Shown here: positions 1-9,154 of the stretch, piece by piece | How positions within the stretch are numbered: position 1 is the first letter of the stretch | How the letters are laid out: every line of letters begins with the position of its first letter | From: Trichodesmium erythraeum IMS101 | GTDB taxonomy: Bacteria > Cyanobacteriota > Cyanobacteriia > Cyanobacteriales > Microcoleaceae | Reading direction: 5' to 3' | DNA length: 32,000 bases | Assembly: GCF_000014265.1 (NCBI RefSeq) | Contig: NC_008312.1 | Span: forward strand, 2,280,001 to 2,312,000 | Program-made: the position numbers and the translations under genes | The notes under the pieces: model-generated | Told to the model about the DNA's origin: nothing | Databases searched by the model: none | The model's input: the letters and a program-made list of their open reading frames with translations, nothing else

Positions 1-1229
1 AAAAAAATTTATTACAAAAGTTTGTTATTGTAATTGATGCTTAAAAATGCGTCATATTATTACCTCTTTACCTGCAAATAATCACTCTTTCTTAATTTTA
101 TACAGAGAAATATTATCCGAGAATTGAGATAGAAAACAGAATTAAATAATAACAACTATATTTATTCTTATGCCCTACTTCAACACAGACATTTCAGACT
201 AATAAACTAAAATTGGGCCATCTTAATTTGCTTATATCTTAATTCCATCTTTTTGACAAAATCGTTTAAATAAAACATCTTTTTCTCAAGCTATAATCAG
301 AACAATTAGTTTAATTTTTATGAAACTGGGAACCATAAATACTATTAGCTATAGAATAACTGTAATTAGAATTATGCATATGTTGTCCTGCTTAACATAT
401 TCTAAATATCCCTTTCTCTCAAATTAAAGCTATTCCTGATACTAGGTGATATTTCGATATAAAATATACGTATCATAATATAACCCTGATTAGATAAAAA
501 AGGACTGTCATAAAATTTCAGTATATTTTGAGATTAAAGATTATATTGAGCCCCTCAATTTACATAATATAATCACTCAGTTTTTAGCTATATTCTTCAT
601 ATTATTACTCAGAAAACTATAATTTTTATCTTCCTTTTAGATTATTCTAATTTTGATAATTATCAGAAGTATATAAAATCAACTTGTGGCAAATTATAGA
701 TAAATTATCTATATAATTTATCTATAAAATCTATCCTTACCTTTATTACACAACCAAATAATTGACTTAAAACTTTATGGGTAATATTGTTCAGATATAT
801 TCTGTATTGATATGTTGCTTTAATATTTCCCCTGATTGACCGTACCTATATCATAACATAAATCATATATACGCATTAGAGAAACATCTTAAAAATAATC
901 AATATAATATAATAACATATGATAATAGCCAGATTAAATTCAGGTAATATGCAATAACACAAGGGAAAATTAAATTTCAAGTAATAGATAATTTGCCAGA
1001 ATTTGTTATCGAATTAACTGAACAATAAAGAATTTTTGTAAGTAATTAAACTCCCTTATAAGAGGGAAGCTTGAAATCCACTTTTTTGGTAAATTTAAAA
1101 ATATTAAACTAAGTATCTGACACAGTATAACATTTATTCTATAATGCTAACTACCTCATATAAATTTCATTTTATCTCAAGCTATTAGCAGAATTAGTCT
1201 GCTCAAGTAGTAGGCATTCTTAACATCCT

Positions 1230-1420
1230 CCTTAGCTGTTAGGTGCGCGGGGCTTCTTGCGAGCCGCATCTCCTGGGGGGTTAACCTTTTGCACTTAGTA
1301 AAACTTCCCACTCTATTGGCTGCTACAATTCTAGTCGCGAGCACGAAACATTACCCTAGTCTTGTGTTTGCCTAATAAGTCCGTTTTTTGTCTGATGACT
1401 GCCCGCTCGCTACTAATTAA
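1230..1420. ncRNA. GC-rich island with hairpin and long-range pairing potential inside a 1.66 kb ORF-free AT-rich tract. Candidate small structured RNA or relic of foreign DNA.
   Basis: Local GC is clearly above the flanks. A hairpin GCGG(GG)CUUC-UUGC-GAGCCGC lies at about 1246-1268 (GCAA tetraloop if read on the minus strand). AGUCGCGAGC (1333-1342) can pair with GCUCGCUACU (1405-1414) at 9 of 10 positions. GGGGGGUU (about 1274-1281) can pair with AACUUCCC (about 1301-1308) using G-U pairs on the plus strand. No match to any RNA family I can recall. Confidence 0.2.
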
Positions 1421-1444
1421 TTAACAGAACTAACATAATGTTTT

Positions 1445-1508
1445 CAAAAAAAACAACTAAAAAATCGCACGCTTATGGGCGAGGCTTTAAATCTAATTTT
1501 TCGGTAAA
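1445..1508 (-). repeat. Left copy of a ~63 nt dispersed repeat, inverted relative to the copy at 6985-7047
   Basis: The reverse complement reads tttaccgaaaaattagatttaaagcctcgcccataagcgtgcgattttttagttgttttttttg. It aligns with 6985-7047; the core aagcctcgccc[a/g]taagc matches at 19 of 20 positions, and both copies share the tttacc head and the tttttagttgttttttt tail. Confidence 0.6.
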
Positions 1509-1660
1509 CAAGTAGTAATTTTGTACCTTACCTCCTGAAAATGGAATGAATTTAGCAACAATATCCTGACATATTTACAACTAGCAAATAGTGTAGAATA
1601 TTATTAATAAGTAATATTATTCCACCCTCAATTATCAAATACAGGAAACTCTATATAACA

Positions 1661-3121
1661 ATGACAACAACAGCAACAGAAACCAGTGTTAACTATCTTC
1701 ATATTGGGAATAAATTATTAAGGCAAGGTAACTTCCCTGAAGCTGCTGATGCTTATCGCCAAGTCATTAAACTTAACCCCAAATCAGCAGTAGGTCATCA
1801 AAACCTAGGAGAAGCTCTCAGTTTACAGGGAAATTTAGAAGAGGCAGCAAATATCTATTATCAAGGAATTCAACTACAGAAAAATTATCCCTGGTCTTAC
1901 TATAATTTAGGAGAAATTCTGATTAAACTTGAGAGGTTTGATGAAGCAGTTATTTATCTACGTCAAGCTATTGAACTTAATCCAGATTTTTCCAATTTTC
2001 ATCATAGTTTAGGCTTAGCTTTGTCAAAAAAAGGATTATTTGATGAGGCGATAGTTACTTATCGTCGCGCTATTGAAATAGACCCAAATGCAATTTTAAC
2101 TTATCAATATTTAGGTGAAGTATTAGCATGTAAAAAACAGTATGATGAAGCCATAGAAAGTTTTAATCAAGCTATTGGAATTAATCCCTATTTATCAGAA
2201 TATCATTTAGGTTTAGCTAAAGTTCTACAAAACGCTGGTCAAATAGAAAAAGCAATCAATTCTTGCCATCACGCTCTTGAATTAAACCCAAACTTAGCTG
2301 AAGCTTACTATTACATTGGCTTAGGTTTTACTAAGTTACAAAAGTGGGAAGAAGCTATTGATAGCTTATTGCAAGCTATTTCTCTAAATTTTAAAAATGC
2401 AGAAGTCTATCATCATTTAGGAGCAGCTTTAGCACAATTACAACGTTGGGAAGAAGCGGTTGCTGCCTATAAAAATGGACTTGAATTTAATCCTAATTCT
2501 GCAATAATTCATCATCAATTAGCTTATGCTTTAGCCCAAATAAAACAGTGGGAGGAAGCTGTAAAAGAATATCGTGAAGTTCTCATAATTAATCCTAATT
2601 CTGCAGTAGTTTATGACCAGTTAGGAGAAGCACTAACAGAAATACAAAAGTGGGAAGAAGCTATAGATTGTTATCAGAAAGCTGTGAAAATTAAGCCAGA
2701 CAATCAAAAGTTTAACCAACATCTACAGGAAGCATTGACAAGAAGACAAGAAAAGAATAAAACTACTATAGAGTCTCATCTTAAATTGGCAGAAATGATG
2801 GAAAAACAAGGATTTGCTAATGAGGCTATTTCTGCTTATCGTCGAGTGGTAAGTCTTAATCCTACTGCTGCTGATTTACATCATAAATTAGGGTATGCTT
2901 TGGCTACTTCAGAAAGGTGGGATGAAGCTGTCGCTCCTTATCGTCAGGCAATTAAACTTAACCCAAATTCAGGTGTTGTATATTATCATTTAGGCATAGC
3001 TTTATCATACTTAGGTTTAGATGAAGAAGCAATATCTTCCCTAGAAAAAGCAATTCAGCTTAAACCGGATTTATCTAGCGCCCATCAAGCTTTAGAAAAA
3101 CTACAAGTAAAATCAAAGTAA
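1661..3121 (+). CDS. Tetratricopeptide (TPR) repeat protein
   Basis: 486 aa ORF built almost entirely of 34-aa TPR units (recurring W/Y-EEA-...-Y..A..LNP motifs). TAA stop. Confidence 0.9.
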   Translation: MTTTATETSVNYLHIGNKLLRQGNFPEAADAYRQVIKLNPKSAVGHQNLGEALSLQGNLEEAANIYYQGIQLQKNYPWSYYNLGEILIKLERFDEAVIYLRQAIELNPDFSNFHHSLGLALSKKGLFDEAIVTYRRAIEIDPNAILTYQYLGEVLACKKQYDEAIESFNQAIGINPYLSEYHLGLAKVLQNAGQIEKAINSCHHALELNPNLAEAYYYIGLGFTKLQKWEEAIDSLLQAISLNFKNAEVYHHLGAALAQLQRWEEAVAAYKNGLEFNPNSAIIHHQLAYALAQIKQWEEAVKEYREVLIINPNSAVVYDQLGEALTEIQKWEEAIDCYQKAVKIKPDNQKFNQHLQEALTRRQEKNKTTIESHLKLAEMMEKQGFANEAISAYRRVVSLNPTAADLHHKLGYALATSERWDEAVAPYRQAIKLNPNSGVVYYHLGIALSYLGLDEEAISSLEKAIQLKPDLSSAHQALEKLQVKSK

Positions 3122-3210
3122 CTTAACTAATATTTTTTTCACTTATAAAATATCTAACAAAAACTTTGATTGCTGTACTCCTTTCCCTAGAGTATATAAA
3201 TAGACAGCAT

Positions 3211-3268
3211 GACCTAGGAAAGTAATTTTAGTTATCAGTTAGCTTCCTGGGTCGTCACTGTTTTTTTT
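3211..3268 (+). terminator. Possible intrinsic terminator downstream of the TPR gene
   Basis: GACCUAGGAAAG (3211-3222) pairs with CUUCCUGGGUC (3243-3253), with one G-U pair and one bulge. A run of 8 T follows at 3261-3268. The loop is long (20 nt), so the call is only moderate. Confidence 0.4.
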
Positions 3269-3507
3269 CATTTCGTGAGGGTAAAATAGTGATCAGGAAC
3301 TATTTCAATTTTTCCTAATTTTTACTTCTGATTTTTGATTTCAAAAGTACTTAATTTATGCAAATACAAAAATAGGTTAATGAGGCAAAATTAGTGATTT
3401 TTAAAACAATAATTATGAAAATAAGTCCTGTTTCTTGTTTAGTTATTTTACTCTTGTTAAAACCTTTAAATTTTTACTTATTGAACAATAGGAAATAGCT
3501 GGTAAAT

Positions 3508-4245
3508 TTAAGGATATACTTTACGGTAATTATATCTCAATTTAGTTACAACTTTTTCTCTATCAAGCATTTGATTTCCTCGTCTACGAATAAATTCATT
3601 ATCATTAATAAAATAACCCATACTAGGATTAGCAAAACCATTATCAGCAAATTTTACAGGAAAATTTATCCAACCAGAATTATCTCCATTTATTCGTTCA
3701 AACAAAACTAATTTATTGCTATTTTGATATCGACAAATATGGATAGTTCGATTCTCTGTTTGGAAAAATGCTTCCTGAGATAAATTATAGTTTATGCCTT
3801 CACAATTCCTATTATTCTGAGTCATAAAAGATTGGTTATAATAATCATTTAATGCTTGAGGTTGTGATGGGTATTTTGAGTAAGAAGCACCAGAACGGTT
3901 TTCATATTGACCATGTTTGAGATAATGATCGTAAGCAGACTTAAATTTACCACGGCGTAAAGCATCTACTACATCAGGGTTTTGTCGCAAATATTCAAGT
4001 TCTGCGAATGTTTTGAAAGCACCAGAGCGATTTTCATATTGCCCAGATCTGACATAATGTTCATAACCAGAGCGGTATTTCCCTTGACTTACTAACTTTG
4101 CTACATCAGGATTTTGACGTAAATACCCTTGTTCGTCAAATTCTCTAGTGTAGTTTTCCGCAAGTGCCAGGGGAGTGCTAAAAATACTCAGGGCAACTGC
4201 GGCGATCGCCACTATATTTGTTTTAATATTATTGACATTGACCAT
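3508..4245 (-). CDS. Secreted protein with an internal duplicated ~45-aa motif; function unknown
   Basis: The N-terminal hydrophobic segment ending in ALA-EN looks like a signal peptide. Two copies of YLRQNPDV...G(K)Y/F.S.Y.HY...GQYENRSGA follow. One HIP1 site lies inside the ORF. Confidence 0.7.
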   Translation of the reverse strand: MVNVNNIKTNIVAIAAVALSIFSTPLALAENYTREFDEQGYLRQNPDVAKLVSQGKYRSGYEHYVRSGQYENRSGAFKTFAELEYLRQNPDVVDALRRGKFKSAYDHYLKHGQYENRSGASYSKYPSQPQALNDYYNQSFMTQNNRNCEGINYNLSQEAFFQTENRTIHICRYQNSNKLVLFERINGDNSGWINFPVKFADNGFANPSMGYFINDNEFIRRRGNQMLDREKVVTKLRYNYRKVYP

Positions 4246-4653
4246 TTATTTATACCTCAAAAATCATTGTTCTTAATTATCAAGATATCCTTTGAGGCTT
4301 AAAGACTGTGGAGAATTTTAGGGAGTTAAAAATTTTTCAATGTACTTTGTACTTTTTAACTCAAAATTTGCTCAAACCCTGATTTGATGAAACTTATAAG
4401 AATTTTTTACTCAAATTCTTGAGAGTGTGCTTAACTCCTTTAAAATCCTGAAAGGGTTGCTATCTTCGTGATATTAGTGTCAGTTTGTTAAGTGTCTACC
4501 TTTAAAATCATCCTGCTTTCCGAGATTAGCAGTAAAAGACGAGATATACCTAATATCTAATATGTTGTGATTAGGTTAGTGGCATATACCTATAACTTTT
4601 TAGAGGCAAAAGTTTGTACAGTTCAACCATAGAGTTAACCAAGGAATTTAGCA

Positions 4654-4980
4654 ATGACATCTAACCGGTACTTCCAGCAACTCAACCCTCAGTCTTCCTT
4701 TTTTAATACAGATAGTTCTGTCACTATTGCATGGCTTGATTTAATAGCATCAACAGTAGACAATTTTGATGGAGATGATTGGTTAGCTTTGTGTGGTGAT
4801 ATTGACGAAGGTGAAATCTACCGAGATTGGTTTATTTGGCAAGATATAGACTTTCCCCAAGAGTGGGAAGCTTACGATCTAGTTACTAAGAAAACATTTG
4901 TAACAACAGACTTATCTTTACTTAAGGCTAAAATTAATGCAATAGAAGATGCCAGAAGTAAAACATTCATCAGAAACTAA
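4654..4980 (+). CDS. Hypothetical small acidic protein
   Basis: 108 aa ORF with ATG start and TAA stop. No recognisable domain. Confidence 0.4.
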   Translation: MTSNRYFQQLNPQSSFFNTDSSVTIAWLDLIASTVDNFDGDDWLALCGDIDEGEIYRDWFIWQDIDFPQEWEAYDLVTKKTFVTTDLSLLKAKINAIEDARSKTFIRN

Positions 4981-5466
4981 GAAAATTATACTGAAAAAAA
5001 CAGTTTTATTGCAGGTAGTAATATTTACTTATTACCTGTACTGCTGCTTTTGATGTTAATTATTTAGTTTCAGTAGCTTGCGCCAATACATTAACTACCG
5101 TTGCATATTGGCTATGCAGTTAATACTAATTTATATAAGTAATGCTATACTCTTGGAAAACTTCAGTTATTAAATTAAGTAATATAAAAAGGTCAAATGT
5201 TCCAGAACCCACAAATTAACTAATAAGGAAAATGTTTTCTAACGGCTTCATATTTTTACTTCTTTTGATATTCCTGATTCTGCTGTTTTTTGCATCTGGT
5301 CTCTAATATTGTCAACTTTACAGATGTTTTAACAGTTTATAATGGCCATAATCATTATAGTTTCATTGTATCCTAAACTATTTACTCTCAAATAAATATA
5401 AAACTTGTAAATTTTAAGACATCTGACGCTATAATATTAGACGGGTGACTGTTAGAGGATGTCCAG

Positions 5467-5946
5467 ATGTTATTCCCAAATCAAGTTTCTCAGAATTCAG
5501 AAACTCAACCCATTCCTAGAATTTATCAAATTTTAGGACTTGACAGAATACCTAAAAATGTTTTGGAATTACCCCAAGAACTGCAAATAGTCAGTATAAT
5601 TCGTCAAGGATTTTCAATAATTTCTGTAATGAAAGTAGCAGAATATTGTGGCATTTCCGAGTCACAAATGGCAGGCTTATTAGCAACTTCCGAACGGACT
5701 ATATCTAGACGTAAGAAAGATCAGAAACCTCTCGATCTTTCCGAGTCAGATAGACTTTATCGCATTGCTAGAACTTTTGCACACACATTAGATGTATTTG
5801 AAAATGTGGAAACAGCAAGAGATTGGTTAAAAAAACCAAACCGTGCCTTAGCTGGAAAAACTCCTATAGAACTATTAGATACAGATGCAGGTACACAACA
5901 AGTATATCAACTTTTAAATAAAATAGAGTATGGAGTATATAGCTAA
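5467..5946 (+). CDS. Xre-family antitoxin with a C-terminal DUF2384 (MbcA/ParS-type toxin-binding) domain
   Basis: The C-terminal half (SESDRLYRIARTFAHTLDVFENVETARDWLKKPNRALAGKTPIELLDTDAGTQQVYQLLNKIEYGVYS) follows the DUF2384 pattern of RES-associated antitoxins. A helix-turn-helix-like segment lies upstream. Confidence 0.85.
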   Translation: MLFPNQVSQNSETQPIPRIYQILGLDRIPKNVLELPQELQIVSIIRQGFSIISVMKVAEYCGISESQMAGLLATSERTISRRKKDQKPLDLSESDRLYRIARTFAHTLDVFENVETARDWLKKPNRALAGKTPIELLDTDAGTQQVYQLLNKIEYGVYS

Positions 5947-6190
5947 TGATTAATGATGAATTCTTAATGGCTAATACCTATTGGTCATCTCAGTTATTAG
6001 TTATCAATACCTCTAGCTACAGCCAGAGGCTAAATACCTAATTTTTTTTTCATCAATAAAGAAATAAAAACAGGCAGGTTAAAACTACTAACAGATAGCT
6101 TTTGTAGCAAGTTTTAATTATCTAATAATTTACTATAAACCCTGCCTTTTTCTTTAACAAATAGTAATATCAAATCTGCCGATAGTAGTA

Positions 6191-6225
6191 GGTTGTTTTT
6201 TAAGTTACAGTCATTGCTAAATAAG
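6191..6225 (+). repeat. Copy 1 of a ~35 nt dispersed repeat (second copy at 9669-9704)
   Basis: ggttgttttttaagttacagtcattgctaaataag versus gggtatttttttgagttacagccattgctaaacaag. The 23-nt core AGTTACAGYCATTGCTAAAYAAG differs at only 2 positions. Confidence 0.55.
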
Positions 6226-6256
6226 GGATTAAGCGAAGCGACTTTTATCCCCTAAT

Positions 6257-6304
6257 TTAGTTTAATTAAAGACATCATAATTAGTTTAATTAAAGACATC
6301 ATAA
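6257..6304 (+). repeat. Perfect 24-bp tandem duplication (2 copies)
   Basis: ttagtttaattaaagacatcataa occurs at 6257-6280 and again at 6281-6304 with no mismatch. It lies inside the antitoxin-toxin spacer. Confidence 0.9.
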
Positions 6305-6426
6305 TTACAGCAAATTCAGTTATTAATGTGGTAGCGGTAATTTTTTTTGTCTTGTTACCTATCTTATTCACCTATCTTCCCTACTCCCTATCGATAATAT
6401 GTACTTCAAAAATAGGAAACTACTGC

Positions 6427-6921
6427 ATGAGCTTAACAGTATGGCGAATCTCTCATAAAAAATACACCAATATTGCTTTGATAGGTGAAGGTTATAATTG
6501 TGGCAGAGGTCGTTGGAATTCTAAAGGAACAGCTTTAATTTATACTTCAGCGACATTATCTCTCGCCACATTAGAAACTTTAGTATACATGGAAATTGAA
6601 AACTTTAGTAACATATTTGTATCTATTAGTATAAAAATTCCTGATAGTTTTTATATTCAACAAGTAGATGAATCTCTATTACCTCATAACTGGCGTGATA
6701 CTCCTCCAACTGAAGCCTTAGCCTCTATTGGAGATAAATGGTTCACTTCTCAAACTACAGTTGTATTAAAGGTTCCTTCTGCTATTATTCCTCAAGAATA
6801 TAACTATTTGATTAATCCTCTACATCCAGATTTTGAAAAAATTTCAATTACTCCACCTCAACCTTTTATCTTAGACCGTAGTATTAAAAGTATAAACAAA
6901 AATTTGTTTACAAAACTCTAG
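6427..6921 (+). CDS. RES-domain toxin (MbcT/ParT-like, NAD+-targeting family)
   Basis: WRISHKKY...GEGYNCGRGRWNSKGTALIYTSATLSLATLETLVYME...LKVPSAIIPQEYNYLINPLHPDF matches the RES-domain layout (R in GRWN, E in LETLV, S in PSAI). I prefer the ATG at 6427; the track ORF starts at a GTG at 6328 with a non-homologous hydrophobic extension. Confidence 0.85.
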   Translation: MSLTVWRISHKKYTNIALIGEGYNCGRGRWNSKGTALIYTSATLSLATLETLVYMEIENFSNIFVSISIKIPDSFYIQQVDESLLPHNWRDTPPTEALASIGDKWFTSQTTVVLKVPSAIIPQEYNYLINPLHPDFEKISITPPQPFILDRSIKSINKNLFTKL

Positions 6922-6984
6922 AACTGATATGTCATTTCAGTTATCAGTGATAGTTATTATTTACCATACTAAATCTCAAGCATT

Positions 6985-7047
6985 TTTACCAAAAAATTTG
7001 GTCTTAAGCCTCGCCCGTAAGCAGGTAACTTTTTAGTTGTTTTTTTG
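6985..7047 (+). repeat. Right copy of the ~63 nt dispersed repeat, inverted relative to 1445-1508. Terminator-like on the plus strand.
   Basis: The sequence is tttaccaaaaaatttggtcttaagcctcgcccgtaagcaggtaactttttagttgtttttttg. It contains a weak hairpin (CCU-GC / GC-AGG) followed by TTTTTAGTTGTTTTTTT, 64 nt downstream of the RES stop. Confidence 0.6.
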
Positions 7048-7726
7048 TAGTCCTTCATAGTAAGAATATAGAAAAAAGGAATACTATTGCACAGGAGAAA
7101 ATGTTCCAACTTTTCTCAAGACCAAACATTGACGAAAAATATATGACTATGATGATTTAAGGTACCTCTTACTGTGCATTGAAGTATTAATTTTTAGCAC
7201 TCATAGTATCGGAATATACTTAATTATTATTACTACCAATGTACTGATAAGAAATATTCCTATTAGAGAATCAAAAATTAACAAACGTTGTAATTATTTA
7301 GAGTTAATTATTCTTTTACCAAAAAATTGGGAGAGCAGGAGAACTTAGAGGTAATGGCTTTTTACTTTTCGGTTTGACCCTGATTTACAATAGCTCCGAA
7401 GACAAGTTGAGCAGGAGCTAAGTACTGAAGTCAAATAGTAGGAAAACATTGACAACAATAATACATTCTTGCTCACAATAATATTATCAATGTGATAGAT
7501 TTATTGGAGGTCAATGGCAAATTAGAATGAAAGAAATTAAGACCAAGTTAAAAGTTAATAATCAGCAAGAAAAATTAATGCTGCTATTAACTTAGAAAGC
7601 TATAGTAATAGCAATTATGGTTAATTTGTAATATTTTGTTGGTAGTTTTTTAAAGCAATTTGAATACTCTCTCTCTTCCCTGCTAGCCTCATAAATTAAC
7701 TAGATTAAATCGGTTTGATCACTCAA

Positions 7727-8308
7727 CTATTTTACTTGACTACCGTGAACTCGAGGATCGGCTTGACTGGCTTTAGTTGGTTCTACTGGAGCATTAAAGT
7801 GAGAACCTTGACCAACTGTACTATTATATGGTAAATAACTTCCGGCAACTAAAGCTTCTATATTTGCTGCCATGATAGATTTTGGTACTTCTCCAATAGT
7901 CTGGCCAACTTCAGTTCCCTCCCGATCTAGAAAGACAAAGTGTGGAATACCATCTACCCGATATTCAACCAATTCTGGTAACCACCTGCTATTATCAACA
8001 TTTAACATCACAAAGTTGGTATTCTGAGTATACTTTTGTCTAATTTCCTCCAACTCAGGAGCCATGGCTTGACAAGTCGTACACCAATTAGCATAAAATT
8101 CAACTAGAGTTGGCTTATTATTGCTTAATGCTACATCCAAAGGTGTTGCAGCTTGAGCCATTTCATTTAAGGAAACGGAGAGCTTATCAGTTCGCAGAGC
8201 CATAAAAATGCTTACTGATAAAGCGATCGCTACTGACACAATCATAAAATTTCTCAGGCGTGTCACTAAAGAGGAAATATTTGTAGAATTAGATTGATTT
8301 GCATTCAT
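7727..8308 (-). CDS. txlA: Membrane-anchored thioredoxin-like protein (TxlA-type thiol:disulfide interchange protein)
   Basis: An N-terminal transmembrane helix is followed by a thioredoxin fold with LVEFYANWCTTCQAMAPE (WCxxC active site). One HIP1 site lies inside. Confidence 0.8.
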   Translation of the reverse strand: MNANQSNSTNISSLVTRLRNFMIVSVAIALSVSIFMALRTDKLSVSLNEMAQAATPLDVALSNNKPTLVEFYANWCTTCQAMAPELEEIRQKYTQNTNFVMLNVDNSRWLPELVEYRVDGIPHFVFLDREGTEVGQTIGEVPKSIMAANIEALVAGSYLPYNSTVGQGSHFNAPVEPTKASQADPRVHGSQVK

Positions 8309-8743
8309 TGTCAGAAAATTAAATAGTTATTAAAATTATCGAAAAGCAGTTGAAACCAATGTCTCTTTTAGAGCTAAGGAATCAGTAAAAATAAGTTGTA
8401 CAAATTTTATTTTAGATGAATTGTGAAATTTAGCTTCCATAAAAAAACTGTTTTGGTTATTTTCACACGACCTCTAAGATGAAAACAATGTGGCTTTTGA
8501 AATAGACAACTAAATTTGTGTTCTTATGTATATAGCAATGCTATCTGAAAAGTGAAAAAAATGGGCGCCTAGAAGGTACTTATGCTGAATAAATAAACCA
8601 AAAGTAAAAGTAGCTGGAGCTATTTTTAAAAATACTAGTAATTTTTCATAAATGATTTAGGATTGCTATAGTATTATTAATAATAATCTTAAGGTAGCAA
8701 AATGTATGGTTCTTAGAAAGTTCTAAAAATCAAGGATTAACCG

Positions 8744-9148
8744 GTGAAAAAACGAGTAACGTTAACATTTCCACAAAAGTCAATTCACATGCCCATTACC
8801 TATAGATTAGCAAAAGATTTTAACGTTGCTGCTAATATTATTCGCGCTCAAGTAGCACCAAATCAAGTGGGCAAATTAGTCCTCGAATTATCAGGAGACA
8901 TTGATGAGTTAGAAGCTGCATTGGAGTGGATGAGATTGCACAATATAGATGTATGTCTAGCTAGCAGAGAAATTTTAATCAATGAAAAAAGCTGTGTAGA
9001 CTGTGGTTTATGTACTGGTGTCTGCCCTACAGAAGCTCTAACTTTACAACCTGATACTTTTCGTCTTAATTTTGTCAGATCCCGTTGCATTGTTTGTGAA
9101 CAATGTATTCCTACCTGTCCAGTACAAGCTATTTATACTAACCTATAA
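8744..9148 (+). CDS. NIL-domain / 2x[4Fe-4S] ferredoxin-domain protein
   Basis: GTG start. The N-terminal ~75 aa resemble the NIL (MetN C-terminal-like) domain. The C-terminus carries two CxxCxxCxxxCP motifs (CVDCGLCTGVCP, CIVCEQCIPTCP). Confidence 0.8.
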   Translation: MKKRVTLTFPQKSIHMPITYRLAKDFNVAANIIRAQVAPNQVGKLVLELSGDIDELEAALEWMRLHNIDVCLASREILINEKSCVDCGLCTGVCPTEALTLQPDTFRLNFVRSRCIVCEQCIPTCPVQAIYTNL

Positions 9149-9154
9149 GCTAAT

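Noticed and set aside
690-740. Cluster of TTATCTATA-like repeats as DnaA boxes or an oriC
   Set aside because: The motif does not match the TT(A/T)TCCACA consensus, there is no dnaA or dnaN nearby, and such AT-only words are expected by chance in this composition.
1230-1420. The GC-rich island as a group II intron start or domain V, or as a cobalamin/TPP riboswitch
   Set aside because: GTGCG at 1242 and GAGCCGCAU at about 1260 are suggestive. However, no complementary 3' strand for a 34-nt domain V could be drawn, and the AGC triad and lower helix are absent. The weak GGGAAG...GUGCAAAA...CAGGAGA resemblance to the cobalamin core has the wrong spacing, and there is no downstream gene. No CUGAGA or ACCUGAUCUGG TPP elements are present.
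6380-6390. Shared 11-mer CCTACTCCCTA (also at 30920-30930) and shared 10-mer ACCCTGATT(T/A) (about 484, 4376, 7377) as regulatory motifs
   Set aside because: The orientation relative to the nearest start codons is inconsistent and the flanks diverge immediately. They may be fragments of dispersed repeats, but no function can be argued from this window alone.
6328-6426. N-terminal 33-aa extension of the RES toxin ORF from a GTG start
   Set aside because: The extension (VAVIFFVLLPILFTYLPYSLSIICTSKIGNYC) has no counterpart in RES-domain proteins as I know them. Homology begins right after the ATG at 6427, so I prefer the shorter start. This is unverified.
8863-9090. Antisense or overlapping track ORFs: 8863..9090(-), 11926..12108(-), 12782..12970(+), 16450..16674(-), 17757..17954(-), 24486..24680(-), 31127..31390(+)
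   Set aside because: Each lies wholly inside, and antisense to or out of frame with, a longer ORF that has clear family signatures. Their translations are low-complexity with no recognisable motifs. I treat them as shadow ORFs.
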